Source: Basidiobolus meristosporus CBS 931.73
Lineage: Eukaryota > Fungi > Basidiobolomycota
Direction: 5' to 3'
Length of the DNA: 64,000 bases
Assembly: GCA_002104905.1 (NCBI GenBank)
Contig: MCFE01000385.1
Location: forward strand, 1-64,000
Shown here: positions 1 through 13,300 of the stretch, in pieces
Layout of the letters: each line of letters begins with the position of its first letter
Position numbering within the stretch: the first letter of the stretch is position 1
Notes under the pieces: generated by a model
The model's database searches: none
Told to the model about the DNA's origin: nothing
What the model saw: the letters and a program-made list of their open reading frames with translations, nothing else
Translations under genes and position numbers: made by a program

Positions 1-1419
1 GAAGAGCAATTGGCCCTCCTCAATGAAGCCGTAAGCAAGGGCAAGGAGGTTCTCAAAGGTTTGAAGACCAGCGTTGATGACACATTAGGCGAAGACTTTG
101 TGTCACATTGGGACACTAACATGGGCCGTTTTGGAACTTGGATTTTCTCTCGTCCTTATCTCCGTGCCCTCTATGCTAAGGCCAAGTGCTTGCTTAAGAT
201 TCGCCGTCAAACTCAGGATGCCGAGAAACGTGCTGAGTATGAAACAGCTGCCAAGGAGGTTTTGGATGAAATGCTTGCTTGTGATACCGAAGACAAATTC
301 GGTGCTCGTTTCTTAAAGTTGAAGTTGCTCATTGATACTCAAGACTTCAATGGAGCTCAGGAGCTCCTGGACAGCAAGTTCGGACCCAAGGATGAAGAAG
401 AAAGCGACGATCTCTTCCTTGCTTTCATTTATACCAGAGTTTTGATCTCCTTCCATCTCAACGGCCCCGATTCTAAGCAAACTGAGGAGCTGTTGCAAAA
501 GGCATTGCAGCGTGATTCTGAGCGCTTTGTCCCCCGTTTGTTGATTGGTGAGATTATTGGTCGTGAGCAATACAAGCTAACCGTAGAGCTCGGCACCAAG
601 GATGAGGCATCCACTTACGTTTATGACTTCGGTCGCTACTGGTGGTCTCCTGATGGCAAGCTTCCTTGGGGTTTCAGCACCAACCCTCAAGAGAATAACG
701 AGATTAAGGAGGTTCCCGAGATTAACGAAGACCAACCTTCACCCATTGACTGGTTGTGCGAAAAACTCGGAATGCAATTGCAGAGTGATGAAGATCCACT
801 TGGATTCTGGATTGCTCGCGTTTCCTATAACATTGGTGACCACGAGCATGCCACAACTTTGTTCCGCTCTTTCATCAACAAGATCTTTGAAAAAGCTGAA
901 GGCGATATTGAGAAGATTCCCACCGTTGAACTCAACATGGTCTTTGAAGCTCTACTAGGCTACTTCTGCATTCATGACAAGTTGACTCGTAACTGTGGCC
1001 AATTCGAACTTCCTCCCCAGCCTTCGGAGAAGAATGAGGAGGAGAAATCAGAGGAGACTGAACAAAATGGTGAAACCTCCATCCAATGGCCTGTTGACTC
1101 CATCCCTAGCCGTCTTAAGCTGATCACCACTTCTCTTCTTCAACTGTTCCAAGTTGTCCTTCACCACCTTGAGCATCGCCCTGATGCTCCTAAGGGATCT
1201 GATGCTCTCTATGCTAGACAAACTGTTCCCCTTGGCTGGTGTCTCGCTAGATGGCATTGGCAGACACTTAACATCGAAGGATGTTTCGCCCAAGCTCGTG
1301 AAGTTGCCAAGGTTGCTAGAGATATTCCCAAGGATTCCTGGTTGAGAGTCCGCGCTGAGGGCATGTTGAGATTTGTTATCCAAGAGAAACTCGCTGCCTC
1401 TCAATCCATCCAAGCGTAG
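1..1419 (+). CDS. Uncharacterised alpha-helical (TPR/solenoid-like) protein, 5'-truncated by the window edge
   Basis: Frame is open from base 1 (EEQLALLNEAV...) to TAG at 1417-1419; the ORF-track start at 10 is a TTG. Strong C/T-ending codon bias, no introns, helical amphipathic character. No family motif recognised. Confidence 0.7.
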   Translation, partial: EEQLALLNEAVSKGKEVLKGLKTSVDDTLGEDFVSHWDTNMGRFGTWIFSRPYLRALYAKAKCLLKIRRQTQDAEKRAEYETAAKEVLDEMLACDTEDKFGARFLKLKLLIDTQDFNGAQELLDSKFGPKDEEESDDLFLAFIYTRVLISFHLNGPDSKQTEELLQKALQRDSERFVPRLLIGEIIGREQYKLTVELGTKDEASTYVYDFGRYWWSPDGKLPWGFSTNPQENNEIKEVPEINEDQPSPIDWLCEKLGMQLQSDEDPLGFWIARVSYNIGDHEHATTLFRSFINKIFEKAEGDIEKIPTVELNMVFEALLGYFCIHDKLTRNCGQFELPPQPSEKNEEEKSEETEQNGETSIQWPVDSIPSRLKLITTSLLQLFQVVLHHLEHRPDAPKGSDALYARQTVPLGWCLARWHWQTLNIEGCFAQAREVAKVARDIPKDSWLRVRAEGMLRFVIQEKLAASQSIQA

Positions 1420-2272
1420 ATTGGATGAATGTTACATTCTCCAATGACGTGCAAATCAATATAACGATTTGCATTAATTTTAATTTACCCTTCCTTCCAA
1501 CTATAAAAGCTGTTCATTAGAGTTAATTTTTTGAATACTTCTAGCTTAACATTCCCTCAAAAGACACACATGTACCATCAAACATTCAAATCACCCCATC
1601 TTCATCTTCCTCATACTTCGTCTAGGTTAATTGCTATTGATCAGCAATAAATCGTAGATTAACAATCCTCAAGGTTGTACCATTACCGCATTCATCTCCA
1701 TGTACTGGTTATTGATTAATGCTCCCGATGGGAGTGGATGATTCAATGTGCTATTCGCACGGTGGGTGGAATTGGTGCTTATTCAGCAGAGTTGACTAAA
1801 ATTTCTAGATGCAACCAACAAGACACACGATTGCCTCGGCAACATTCACTGATTCTGCTGGTCTTGGGTGGAGTAGGCTGCATTTCCCAAACGCAGGGTA
1901 CATGCAACAAGGTGCTGGAGTGGAGCAAGTATCCTCGTTTGTGTACACATCAATAAAATCTTTGGACCGCAACTATTTGTGATGTTTCTTCAAACCTATT
2001 GTGCCACATGATCTGACCTTCCAAAGCACATAAATATTGTGATGGGCAACATGTGTATTTACCAATTGCACTACAGCATGGACTGTTGGATCCAATCGTT
2101 TCCATTCTGAAAAAGCTCTGCGGGTATTATCGGAAGCACCTGAGCTTCGTTAATGACAGATGAGGGTTTAGACATTGCTATTGATCATGTGTGCATGCAC
2201 TTGTACTCATATTATATAATGAAATTCACTGAAATCTATTGGGATGGAGCTTTTCGGATCATGTCTCTCCAT

Positions 2273-2292
2273 CCCCTCCCCTCCCCTCCCCC
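2273..2292. repeat. (CCCCT)n pyrimidine microsatellite
   Basis: cccctcccctcccctccccc seen directly. Confidence 0.7.
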
Positions 2293-5200
2293 ACTTCATT
2301 TATTTTATATTAGCAGGCTGAAAAGCATGTTGGGCCCGCTTCGCACATGAACTAGGTGTGACTATCTTTTCAATTTCTGTTACCTCTCATTCCAACAAGA
2401 TTTTTCGGGCTAGTTTGTTCAACGTAGAACTGCTCTATACTTCCACTTTACTTGGCCTCAATTCCTCATAGCTTCGATCTCCTATAAGTGCTTAAAATTC
2501 AGTTAAACGCAACCTGTTGTTGTTTTATATTTCACAGCCTTTGCTTTTGCGATTGATTCTACATTAACTATCTGGTGATACTGTCCTGGTAGGCTTTATC
2601 AGCTTACTGCCTACTTCAAAGTATATTGCTAATCGCATTTCAGGATGTCTCTTATTAAGCAGATATTAGAAGTAGTCAAATCCTTCCGCGACCGCTCAAC
2701 AACTTTCGCTAATCCGAGCGGGTCAGCAGGAAAGGGTGTTGCTTTATGGATAGGAGCAAAACGTCGAGATGGAACACAAAGGTTTTACTTACTTCAATCA
2801 AGGTAGGGATACTGGAGGAGGTCGAGCATCTTATCAATTCATCCGGTAAACCAAATGTTTGTTTTTCATCAGGAAACAGCGGTCTTTCGAAAAACCATAG
2901 CCCCAAGCGAATCTTACGGACAGCCCCGTGAAGTTTTGAATCCCTTTTTAAAGTCACACTTGTGACAATAAGAGCTAGTAACCAAACATGCTGTAAAAGA
3001 GCCTCTGCCTGCCCTACTTTCTGGCCACTCATTCAATACTTTCGTCTGGTACCTCAGATGTCTATTTAGTCTCTCTGCCTGTGATACAAGTTTGTAAATC
3101 GGCATAACGATAATTCTCGTACAAAATCATCTATATTTCTTGTCTTTTTGAGCCGTCACCAGTGTAGCGAATAATATATTTCTTTTAACGAAATAGCCGC
3201 CGTACACCACCGATTGAGACTTCGTGAGAATCCGTGAATTGTATACTATTTCGAACCTATTAATATTCCCAGACACTTGTCACCTACAATGATTCAGATC
3301 AAATCAGATATAACGACCGATTGGAATGCATTGATTTATAACTGCTCTACTCCAAGACAAGCTTACTGTACAGGCTTTTTTCGGTGACCAGGAATCAGAG
3401 AAAGCCTTATGCTAGTCGGATGTATCATCTACATGTTTGCCAATCATGAAAATAAACACAAGACAAAGTGATCATCCACAAAGTCCACCAACAGCATTTA
3501 GAACTAGTGGGTACCTCTAGAGTTATGATTACTTGCATATGTGGAGCTAACTGAGACGTCTATCAAGGCTTTATGCATGCTTCCCAGCACAGTAGAGCTT
3601 GAACATTACAATTGAAATAAGAAATGCTAATGATCACAATGCAATATCTATTATAATTAATTACCCTTCATACCTCCTTGATATCATACAATACCCCAAT
3701 CTGATGAGTTCCTGAAAATATGACCCACCTACACACCATTCCCGCAAATACTGATGATGATTTGTCTCCTAATATAGCATCATGTTTTAACACCGTACCC
3801 TTATGAGAAAGAGCCGATAGGAACAGACAGTAGACGAGATGGAAGCACAATGAATGTCCAACTGGTACACCAATTAAGTGAATTTCCCGTTCGGTTTGAA
3901 CCACTATTTAGATATATTCAAAATCACTCAAATCGATGATGCTTTACATTAAACCCTGGAATAAATCATAGTGCTTCAAATACGGTCATCTAGTTCATGC
4001 CTTGGATCTGGGTACTCAATGTGACTGGGGGTCTTCCTATCTAGTTCCTTGCCTAAGTTCTGGATCTTCTGTGTACACTCTCTTGCTCAAAAACATCAAG
4101 TGTTGGTTATCGTGAAGAATAGGAACACACCTAACGGTGTACTGAGTTTGGGCGTATATGACAACAGGCCTCTTGAGGTAAACTACAATCTCATTAACCG
4201 CTCTCCAGTATTACTTATGCGATAGCTAAAAAATGCAGGCTTGAGCCCAGAGCGTTGGAATTCGTTTCTCTAATGGGCTGAACTTACCTTGGTTGGGTTA
4301 TGGCAGCCATAGCCATTTGGGTATCATGGTATTTATGAACGGCGTGCGAGGTCTTGTGAGTAAAAGCTTCATTTACTCGTATCAATCAAAAGCCAAGGAG
4401 TGCTTCTGCAAGTCAACATACTAAAGGCTCACAAATCCTTTGCAATTGAAAGAAGCCAGGAACAATATAGGCGCCGAGGCAACGGTGTGAGTGGGTACCG
4501 TATAGCCTAAGTATAGTAAGAGCATAAATGGGTTGGTGAAACAGCATCTAGTACTCTGCACAATGGGAAAGCTTACATTCTTTATGCCTTGAGTCACAGC
4601 TACGCCATATGCGAGCAGAGGTCCGTTGCCCATTTGCTAATTGTATCCATTCAAGCGTGAGGACGGATGTGAGCCACCTATTGCTCAGGAAACTCAGCAT
4701 ATTTTGGACTCCTTTGTACTTTATATTACATATATATATGGTTTGGTACTGGTTTCAGCATCAAAATAGGCGAGTGCTGACTCTTGAAATGGACTCATAT
4801 GGAATCACCACCTGCTCAACATATATTTTGTATAATCTATGCGGCTAATAACCTTTGAATAAGCATGCTCACAAAAAAACCCTTGAATGAGCCAATGACT
4901 GTGGGTTGAACCACTGAAATGCTCCCAGATCCACTCGCTCTATTCCAGCACTGGCAAAAATTTCGAGAGTTTTCGACTCTATCCAGATTACATCGCTATA
5001 CCTAGCATTCCGGTGGGGTTTTGCATATCTTAGGAATTATTGAAAGCCCATGGTTTTCCTCGGTATTGGCGAGAAATCCCATGGATTCCATTCATGCAAT
5101 GCTGGTGACCACGGGATCACAGCTCTAGATAACACCAATGAGGATCTCCCCCATAACTATAAAATACTGACTTGACAGGGGTGAAAAATCGAGTTCTCGA

Positions 5201-5852
5201 TACAGTGCCTTTGATTGGCCACTGGGTTAGCTCAGAGCCAACTGTTCCTGACGGCAGTGAGGAGGCTCTGCTCATGGAGCGCACTCTCACCAACGGTCCC
5301 TTCGAAGCAAGGTAGGTTTGGTATGTTTGCCAAATGTTTATGACGTTTACGCTTGTGAATGGCTGTCGGATTGCCTGTCTCCCTTGATGGTTGGCCAACT
5401 ATCATTTGGGAAATACCAGTGAACCTGTATTCTAGGTGGTTCCTTTTTCATATCCATGATCAAGTAAGGGCAAATCAGTGGCTACCGATCTGCGAAAATT
5501 GGGTCGCTGCCAGGTATTATATAATGATCTTCAGTATTCTGACCGCAGATAAGGGATCCTATGGAACCGTATTACCACGGCTTGTGATAATCGAACCCTG
5601 GATCAACACTATTTTGGACAGGCTGATTGCTACATCCACAGTGGAGCAGCAGCTCCACTGTATCCCTCAGAAAAATCAGCGATCATCCAGTATCTCACAA
5701 ATCCTGCGCTATTGAGCTTCCAAAACGAATTCTCGGACCCGGCTCAGCTTTTTTCGGCCGTTTTCATTATAAAAAGCGTAATGTGCCCCCAGTCTCTTCC
5801 ATCACTGAAGTGTATCTCACTCTTTTCATTTGTATTTGTTGGAGACAGTAAA

Positions 5853-6912
5853 ATGGTTTCAACCATCAACCTTCAGAATAGTGGCTCCTTTCTCATGGAT
5901 GATTTCATCGACTCTTCGGACTCTTCCGTCTGCCCTTCTCCCATCACTCCTACCGGATATCAGTCGGACGCCTCGGATGACGATACTGCCAAACCAGAAA
6001 ACGAAGGACAATCCGATGAGCCCAAATTCACATATGCCACGCTAATTGCTCAAGCCATCATGTCCACGCCCGAGCAAAAGATGCTATTGCAAGACATATA
6101 TTCATACATCACCACCAAGTACGAGTACTATCGCACTTGCAACAAGCAGTGGCAGGTATGATCCGCCGAGTATGTTCTGATTGCCAAGTAACTCACATCG
6201 TACTGTTTTCATGTAGAACTCTATTCGACACAACCTGTCCCTTCACAAAGCATTCTGTAAATTACCTCGCCAAAAAGGCACCCCAGGAAAAGGCAACTTC
6301 TGGACTTTAACCGACGAGTATAAGAAATTCTACGTCGATGGGGAATTGCATATTCCAAAGGGGTACGAGTTGATCAAGGATGGCGGGAAGAGCAGAAGCA
6401 AGGGGAAGCTAACCAAAGCATCTCTTCGGAGCCAGTCCGCCCCATACTGCAAGCCTATGGGTGAGTCTGCCCTTCCTAGCCCTCCGTTAAATAAGGTCAA
6501 TCTTATCCACAAATCACCTTCGCTTCTGAGCACGCCCAAAAGCAATCGAGATTTCCTTCCTACTCCCGACTCGACTCCAGAAGGGTACGGCTTCAGTTTC
6601 AATGATACCCCCACCCCCTCCAGAATCAAAAGAATCGATATGTCGGAGCTTACGGATAGCCAATCTCTCGAGCAGCAAACGCTGTTCCCTGACATAGGCT
6701 TATACAACCTCGACCTGTATCAGCAACTGTGCAGCAGCCCTGCCATGTCCGCAAGCGTGTACCACAACATGCTGTACAGTGCCTTGGCCGAGCCAAAAGC
6801 CATCCCATCTGATATGGGTATCGCGCCTGAGCTGCTCATGGGCCCATCCAACCAGCTCTACAACCAAGCGCCCGAAGCATTCGACGTCGACAGCTTCTTG
6901 AATTTCGAATAA
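5853..6912 (+). CDS. Forkhead (winged-helix) transcription factor, 2 exons
   Basis: Exon 1 5853-6155, intron 6156-6216 (GTATG...TAG), exon 2 6217-6912. The spliced product reads [14 protein letters not shown]...LQDIYSYI...WQ|[31 protein letters not shown], a canonical forkhead domain, followed by a Ser/Pro-rich tail. Confidence 0.93.
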
Positions 6913-7099
6913 GCCTGGGGAGAATTGCGCTGCAATAACATGCATCTGCCATAGATTGTACATAGACTTTTACACCGATTTTTGCTAGCTTTCTTCCAAT
7001 CTGTATTCATACGTCATCATCATCTCACATAAAGAGCAATAAAATGCACTTATGTCCTATTCAAGCAATCCTTTGGATGGGGAAATCTAAGCGGTGGCA

Positions 7100-8600
7100 C
7101 CCTCCTATCGCAGTAGTTCGATTGCCGGTGATCGCAGCCTGGGATATATCCATATTGTTCAGCCGGTCTTGAGATCCAGACACTGGAGATTTCCATATTT
7201 GCCGGAGCAGGTTGAAAAAGAGAAATCAGCCAGCCTTTAAAAAGAATCACCAAGCATCTCCTCCATAGAAATCCACGACCACGTCTAGCTGAGCCACCAG
7301 ACTTGGCGACGATGCAAGATAAGGAATTCCAAGATCAATTGACAATTTTGGGTCCGCACGAAGCTAGGATCACCAATCGTCGGGATCGAATCGAATTTTG
7401 TATCCCAATGTATGCTTCTCACCACAATGTTCCATCATACGTTTCCCCGATATTTCGTATGACATTGGTTGCTTCTTTGTGTTCCGGAATCCAAGTGTTC
7501 AACTAGTCCCTAACCAGCAGGATGAAACGATGCAACGCCGGCGGTAAAGGTGACTATTCCCATTTTGTGAGTGCCAAGCCCGTTCTGACGATTTGCAGGT
7601 GCCGTCATAAAGGGTTGCTAATAGAGGGTTTGGCTGCTCCAGAAGTGTCAAAAGAGCCGGTGGCTGGCCCATACTGGGATTGCAGCCATGTCCAAGTGAA
7701 GAAGCATCAATTGAAAACCCATACTGCATCTCTGGTGGTGAGTTCTTGAAGGATTCATAACGAACAGAGCAGGTTGCTAGGCGAGCACGGTGGTACAGCA
7801 AGATACCTGGTGATCACGAGACATATGAACCCATATGCTACAGGCTCGGGCAAATTTGCGAGATCTGTATCCCAGCTTTCATACCAGAGCATGAATGATT
7901 AGATCCATGACGTTTCGCTGGCAGAATCGATGCCCATTTTGGGAACGCTTCCAAAATTGTCTGCTAGTTAAACTAGTTCCGTGGTTAACCAGCTTGGTAA
8001 CCAGGTTAATTAAGTAGCGGACATTTGGACATTTGAGTTTAGGGTTAGGTTGTAGTAGGGCAGCTACCACGCCGTCATGAAGTTGCTTATACCCAGGTGC
8101 TATTGGTCGCTACTGTACTCATACCCCAAATCAAGAGTTAAAATCCCATGCCCAGGCGGGATGGGCACAGGCTTCTAGACGGTTTCGAGAGCCCTCAGTA
8201 GGAACCCATTTCAAGGGGCATCGAGCATGTACTATGATTCCACGTAACCCGATGCTATCTCAATTTGATCATGTCGCTTCTACATATTTCCACAGGCTTA
8301 TAGAAATAGCTACATATAGACCGTTGGTCAAATACAATCCGAGATTTTCCATATTCACCATCACGTATGTTCTGGCCAACTTTAAGGAGCCCTCCCCGAA
8401 TGTGGTATTCTCACACTATAGCTGGGCACAATTATTCTTAATCAAGAGGGGGTTTTCATTTGGAAGGTTTTGCCAAATGGGTGAACCCAAGTGCGATATT
8501 CCATAGCCCAATCGGGTATTTTCAGCTCCTCGCACCCATTCATATGGGCCATGGCCTAATTCGAATTTGGCTTGATTTAGTCATACCTGATGGCAAATAT
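7100..8600 (-). pseudogene. Possible decayed adenylation-domain/PQQ-propeller gene (AASDH/ACSF4-like)
   Basis: Minus-strand motif remnants broken by stops occur in the expected order: EYHIRGG (A6-like, ~8400), CRSDMIKLR*HRV (A8-like, ~8270), MGIDS (carrier-Ser-like, ~7930), SGKYGNLQCLDLKTG*TIW (PQQ-repeat-like, ~7180). The matches are short and degenerate. Confidence 0.25.
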
Positions 8601-10311
8601 GGTTAGCGATTCCTCTGTATTGGCATGGTTAATGCTGCTATTTTTACAGTGGCTGGATCCATGCCATTCGCTACCCTTCTACCTTATTCCAATACGGCTC
8701 ACTGAAGCGCTTGACCATAGCTTCATCATCATACGAACAATTCAAACATCTTGCAACTAGAAGCACGGTAGATCTCCCTTGAATGGCTGTGTGAGTTACA
8801 ATACCGAGACTGATAAAGGGTAAGGATCAATGAATCGGCTCATACACAGCCAGTTGTTAGGCCCTATTCAAAATTCAGCAGGATCTAGAATTTCAGTTCT
8901 TTCCTTTAGTGCAATCCTCAATTTTACTTGCTTGTAAGCAGCATGGTGCTAGCACGAGGTTTAGGTTGAGATATGAGTACCAAGATAGTTTTCATTCAAG
9001 GCATGAACAAAACCTTCTAGAAACCAAGAAAAGGGTGAATTAACCAAAGTTCCATGATTAACCCCAGCGGACGAAAGCCACCCAACCATTGCCCAATTGC
9101 CAGTAGTGCCAATCTTAGTTTAGGCAATCAGTCAGAAAGTGGGAATCGCGTGATGGGACACTCTCCCAATATAATGAATTAACCTTATAGAGGCCATTGG
9201 TATTGTGCAAGTGCCTGAGTTTTGCAACTCTCGAAGCGATCTAATAAAATGTTCAACGAATAACTCAACTCTTGTCATGAGCCACTCACACAGGAACGTG
9301 CGCAGGGTTAACCTTCTGACATGTACACAAATCACGATTAACTTCGAAATATTCTATTATGGACTCACCTATATCAGGGGCACCATTGTAATGTGGACAC
9401 CAATAGAGCTATTGTGAGCAATTAATAACCTGAATTCCTGTATTCCTTTCAATGCACATATTTCTTGCTGTCTGACTAGAATCAACAACCTCATTGTCTA
9501 TGCAGATTGCCATGAGGGATGACCAGCAGGAATAAACCACATCTTATATTTAGATGCTTCTGGGTTTCTGTTTTGCTTAGACCTTATCCCCAAAAGTTAA
9601 GCTTTATGGCTGGTTCCACCTTGCTGTAATATGATTTGGTCATAAAATTTAGTGTGTAAATTCCAGTGTATAGGTATGTATAGCAGGTTGTAGTGCTGAG
9701 CACCCGAGGTTTCTGTGCACTTTTCAGAGCTCTGACAAGGTTCTGTAAGACTGAATTTAACGCGATTGAAGAAGGCATTCCATGAATGTTTAGAAACTCG
9801 TTATTTTCTGTATGTTTGGAGCCTCAGTAGCTTATTCAAAAGATAAGGGCATCCCTCTTACGAGTTTGATCGTGGACATGCGACATACCTTTAACATGCG
9901 GTATAGGACATAATGAACGTCTTGGACAAGAGGAACTCTTTCTGTTGGGTGAGGTAGATATTTCGTATTATCATAATATGGAGGTGGATGTGTCGACAAA
10001 CAATGGCCTTTATCGAAATCAGCACCGCTTTAGCAACAGCGGCAACTAGGCAATATTTAAACTGTATGTCACGTCGACATTCGGTATCCAGGAGAGTGCA
10101 GTATCAAATTGTCAAAATTGATCCACATCGTGGATACGTGATGATGACGGTAACAAGAACACTGGCAAATTTGATATTTCACGTCACTAAACCCCGGATC
10201 CGAGTCAGCCCATATTCCATGTAAATTAAGTAAAAAACGGATTACTTGTGAATAAATTCTTCAGTGAGTATAAAAATAAACCGTATGGTTTGTTAAACGC
10301 AAGCTTCAACT

Positions 10312-13300
10312 ATGGAACCTCAACAGGATAGTGAGTTGATCACCGCGTTGAAGCAAGAGGTTGAGGAGTTAAAAGCACAAAAGGTAGCGGACGAAGTAAA
10401 ATTCGGTAGGTAGTTTTGGAAGTGGCGTTCTGCTCTAGAGATTCCTTTCTAAACTTGGCTGGGCTTTTTTCGTGTTTTAGAACACGAGCTTCACACATCC
10501 GAAACCAAGCTTAATCTATACAAGAAACAACTTCAGCTTTCACGTGAACGTATAGAGAAGATAGAAAAGACCGCCGCTGATGCTGGTGTGTAACCCATTT
10601 TCCTTGGCATTAATTGTTTCTGGTGACGCTAACTCGTATTGCCTCAATGTAGGTACCGAAAACAACGATCTCAAATCTGAACTTCAAAAGAAGATTGAGG
10701 TGATTCAGCAATGCCAGACTGAGATCGGAGAGCTGAAAGCCGAGATCGTCAATTTAGATTCACAGAAGCGCGACGGATTAGCAGCTTTAGATGCTCGAAC
10801 CCTGGAGCTAACTCAGAATAGCGGTATTTTCCTTATCTTGCATCATACTCTGTTCTTCTTTTACTTAATACGTTATTTTCGAAAGATGAATATCAAGAGT
10901 TACAAGAAAAGCTTTCAGCTTCAAAGAAGGAAGTAAATCGTTTGGAAAATGAACTTCAGGAGGTCAGACATGCTGAACTATCAAGCAAGGTACGAATTAC
11001 AAATATGAGCTGGGTTTAGTTCAAATTCAAACCTGGGCGTTTTTTAGTTCAAACAGCAAACATTAGAGCAGGAGCTGCTTCTTTTACGTCAACAAAATGA
11101 TTGGCTCACACAAGAATTGAATACCAAAACCGAAGAGTTCGGGAAATATCGAAGAGAGAAGGTACGCGCATCTTTCCTTGTATGCCATATTGACACTGGC
11201 ATAACCCTGATGATTCATTCTAGACTGCCCAGTTGAGTAAGCTACAAAGTGATCTTGATACAGCAGCAGATAACGAGGCAACCGCTTCTCAAGCTGCTGC
11301 TTCTGCAAACCGCCGTTATGAGGAACAAATGTCCAAATTGGAAGAGGCATTTTCCAAAATCAACGAGCTTCAGAATCGATTGATTTCTGAAGAAGAGAAC
11401 TTCAAATCGGAGATGGCTACTCAAATTAGACTTGCTACTCTATGGGAAAAAAGCTCAAATGAAGCCAAAGAGCGCATGGCGGATTTGGATGGTAAATTTC
11501 CCTAGTTAGCTCCTACATCACTAAGAAGAAATCCTTATCATTGTCACTTTTTTAGAGGTGATAAACGATCTCCAGCGCAGCTTGGACGAAAAGAAAGAGG
11601 AGTTGGAAGAAACTGTCAAGAAGGTAGGTAGTTTAGCTGTGCTGATGAGATCCATTGCGCGCTAACCTTTCATTATCCATAGTATACCGAAGAGAACGAC
11701 TCTCTGAAAGAAGAGCTTAGTTCTTCGGTGACCCAGTTGGAACAGCTTCGGATTGAGCTCCAGCGAGCCAATGAAATATTAGGAACCACAGTTGACCTAG
11801 CCGATACGGAGCAGTCCAGAATTCGTGCAGGGTTATTGTCTCCTACAGCAGCAATTGCAAGCCGTCTACAAAAGTCTGGCAAATCATTCACTGAAGTTTA
11901 TTCGGATTACGTCTCTCTGCAAGAGCAGCTAGCCAATGAAAAGCGGGAGACTTCGCGTTTGAATGAATGTCTTCAACAAATTCTGCAGGATATTGAGGAA
12001 CGTGCCCCCATTCTTCAAGAGCAACGCCGTGAGTACGAGAGGGTCTGCTCAGAGGCGGCCACCATCTCTGACCAACTCAACGCTTTGATCGCTGAGAGCG
12101 ACGAAGTCAATGTGAGACTTGAGGATGCTAAGTTGAATTCCGAACGGTTAGAAAGGGAGAACATTGGGCTTCAGCAAGAGAATCGCGATCTCGGTCGTCA
12201 AGTACAGGCATTGCTACGGGAGATCGAGCGCCAGAAGGGCGTGTCGGAGAGTTTCTTCGACGGAAATTCAAACGACGCTAACGAGAGCTCCGATCTTCTT
12301 GATACAGACTCTGTGATTAGTGAACAACTCACTACATTCAGAAGCATAGCCGAGTTACAGCAGCAAAATCAACGACTATTAAGAATTACTCGTGAGCTTG
12401 GTGAGCGTATGGAGCGAGAGGAGGCTGAAAGAAGGGAGTCTGACATTCAACAAGAGAGCGAGGCTGTCCAAGAGGCTCAAAAGCTGATTGAAACCCTTCG
12501 AGATGAACTTAAGCTTACTAGAACTAAAATGGAGTCGTATCTTCGTGAGCGGGATATGTGTCGTCGCTTACTAGCTCAAGGTGGGCATGAGTTTTCTTCT
12601 AGAGCAGAGAGTCCATCCCCACTTCGCAGCCTTGATTCAGCCAGTGTTGATCCAAGCGGGCCTGATTATCAGAAACTTCTTGTCGAAGTTCAATCAGAGT
12701 TTGACTCCTATCGTAAAGAAACCGATATTGACACTAAAATGCTACGGGATGAAATCAGCTCCATCCAGAAAGAAGCATCCGAGTATCGTATCCAAGTCGC
12801 TAGAGCAAATGCACAGATCGAGTTTTTGAACGAGCGCTACCAACTCCTTATCGAGAACACGAAGCTGCAGCAAAATGAGTTGCAGGAGGCGCGAAAGCGG
12901 AATTCCAATCTTCAAGAGTCTCTTGGTCGCCAAGATATTACCACTCAACGATTGGCCCAGGATTTAGTCGAGTCAAAGGAGGCCCTTGAGCGTATGCGAA
13001 CCGAATGTGCCAATCTTCGAGCAGAAAAAGATCTGAGTAAATCAATCGAGGCCCGTCTCGTTCAAGAGAATGAGGCGTTAAGTAAGGAGAGGACTCACCT
13101 TAACGATTTGATGCGAAATCTCCAAAACATGCAAAATGAGTTTGAGCGAGTCGAAGCTGCAACCAAACGTCGATTCGAGGTTCAAATCCAGCATCTAGAG
13201 GAGGAGTTAAGAAGCACCAAGCAAAAACTCTCTGACGAGATCGATGCTAATAAGTCTCTGAATCTGCGAAAGGAGAATGAGGCTAAGGATTACCAGATCC

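Noticed and set aside
1450-5800. Short ORFs (e.g. 2709-3032, 5117-5398, 5359-5715) and a weak WKVRS..G RNase H-like string near 2020
   Set aside because: No coherent splice model or second supporting motif; could be a decayed gene or TE but not supportable.
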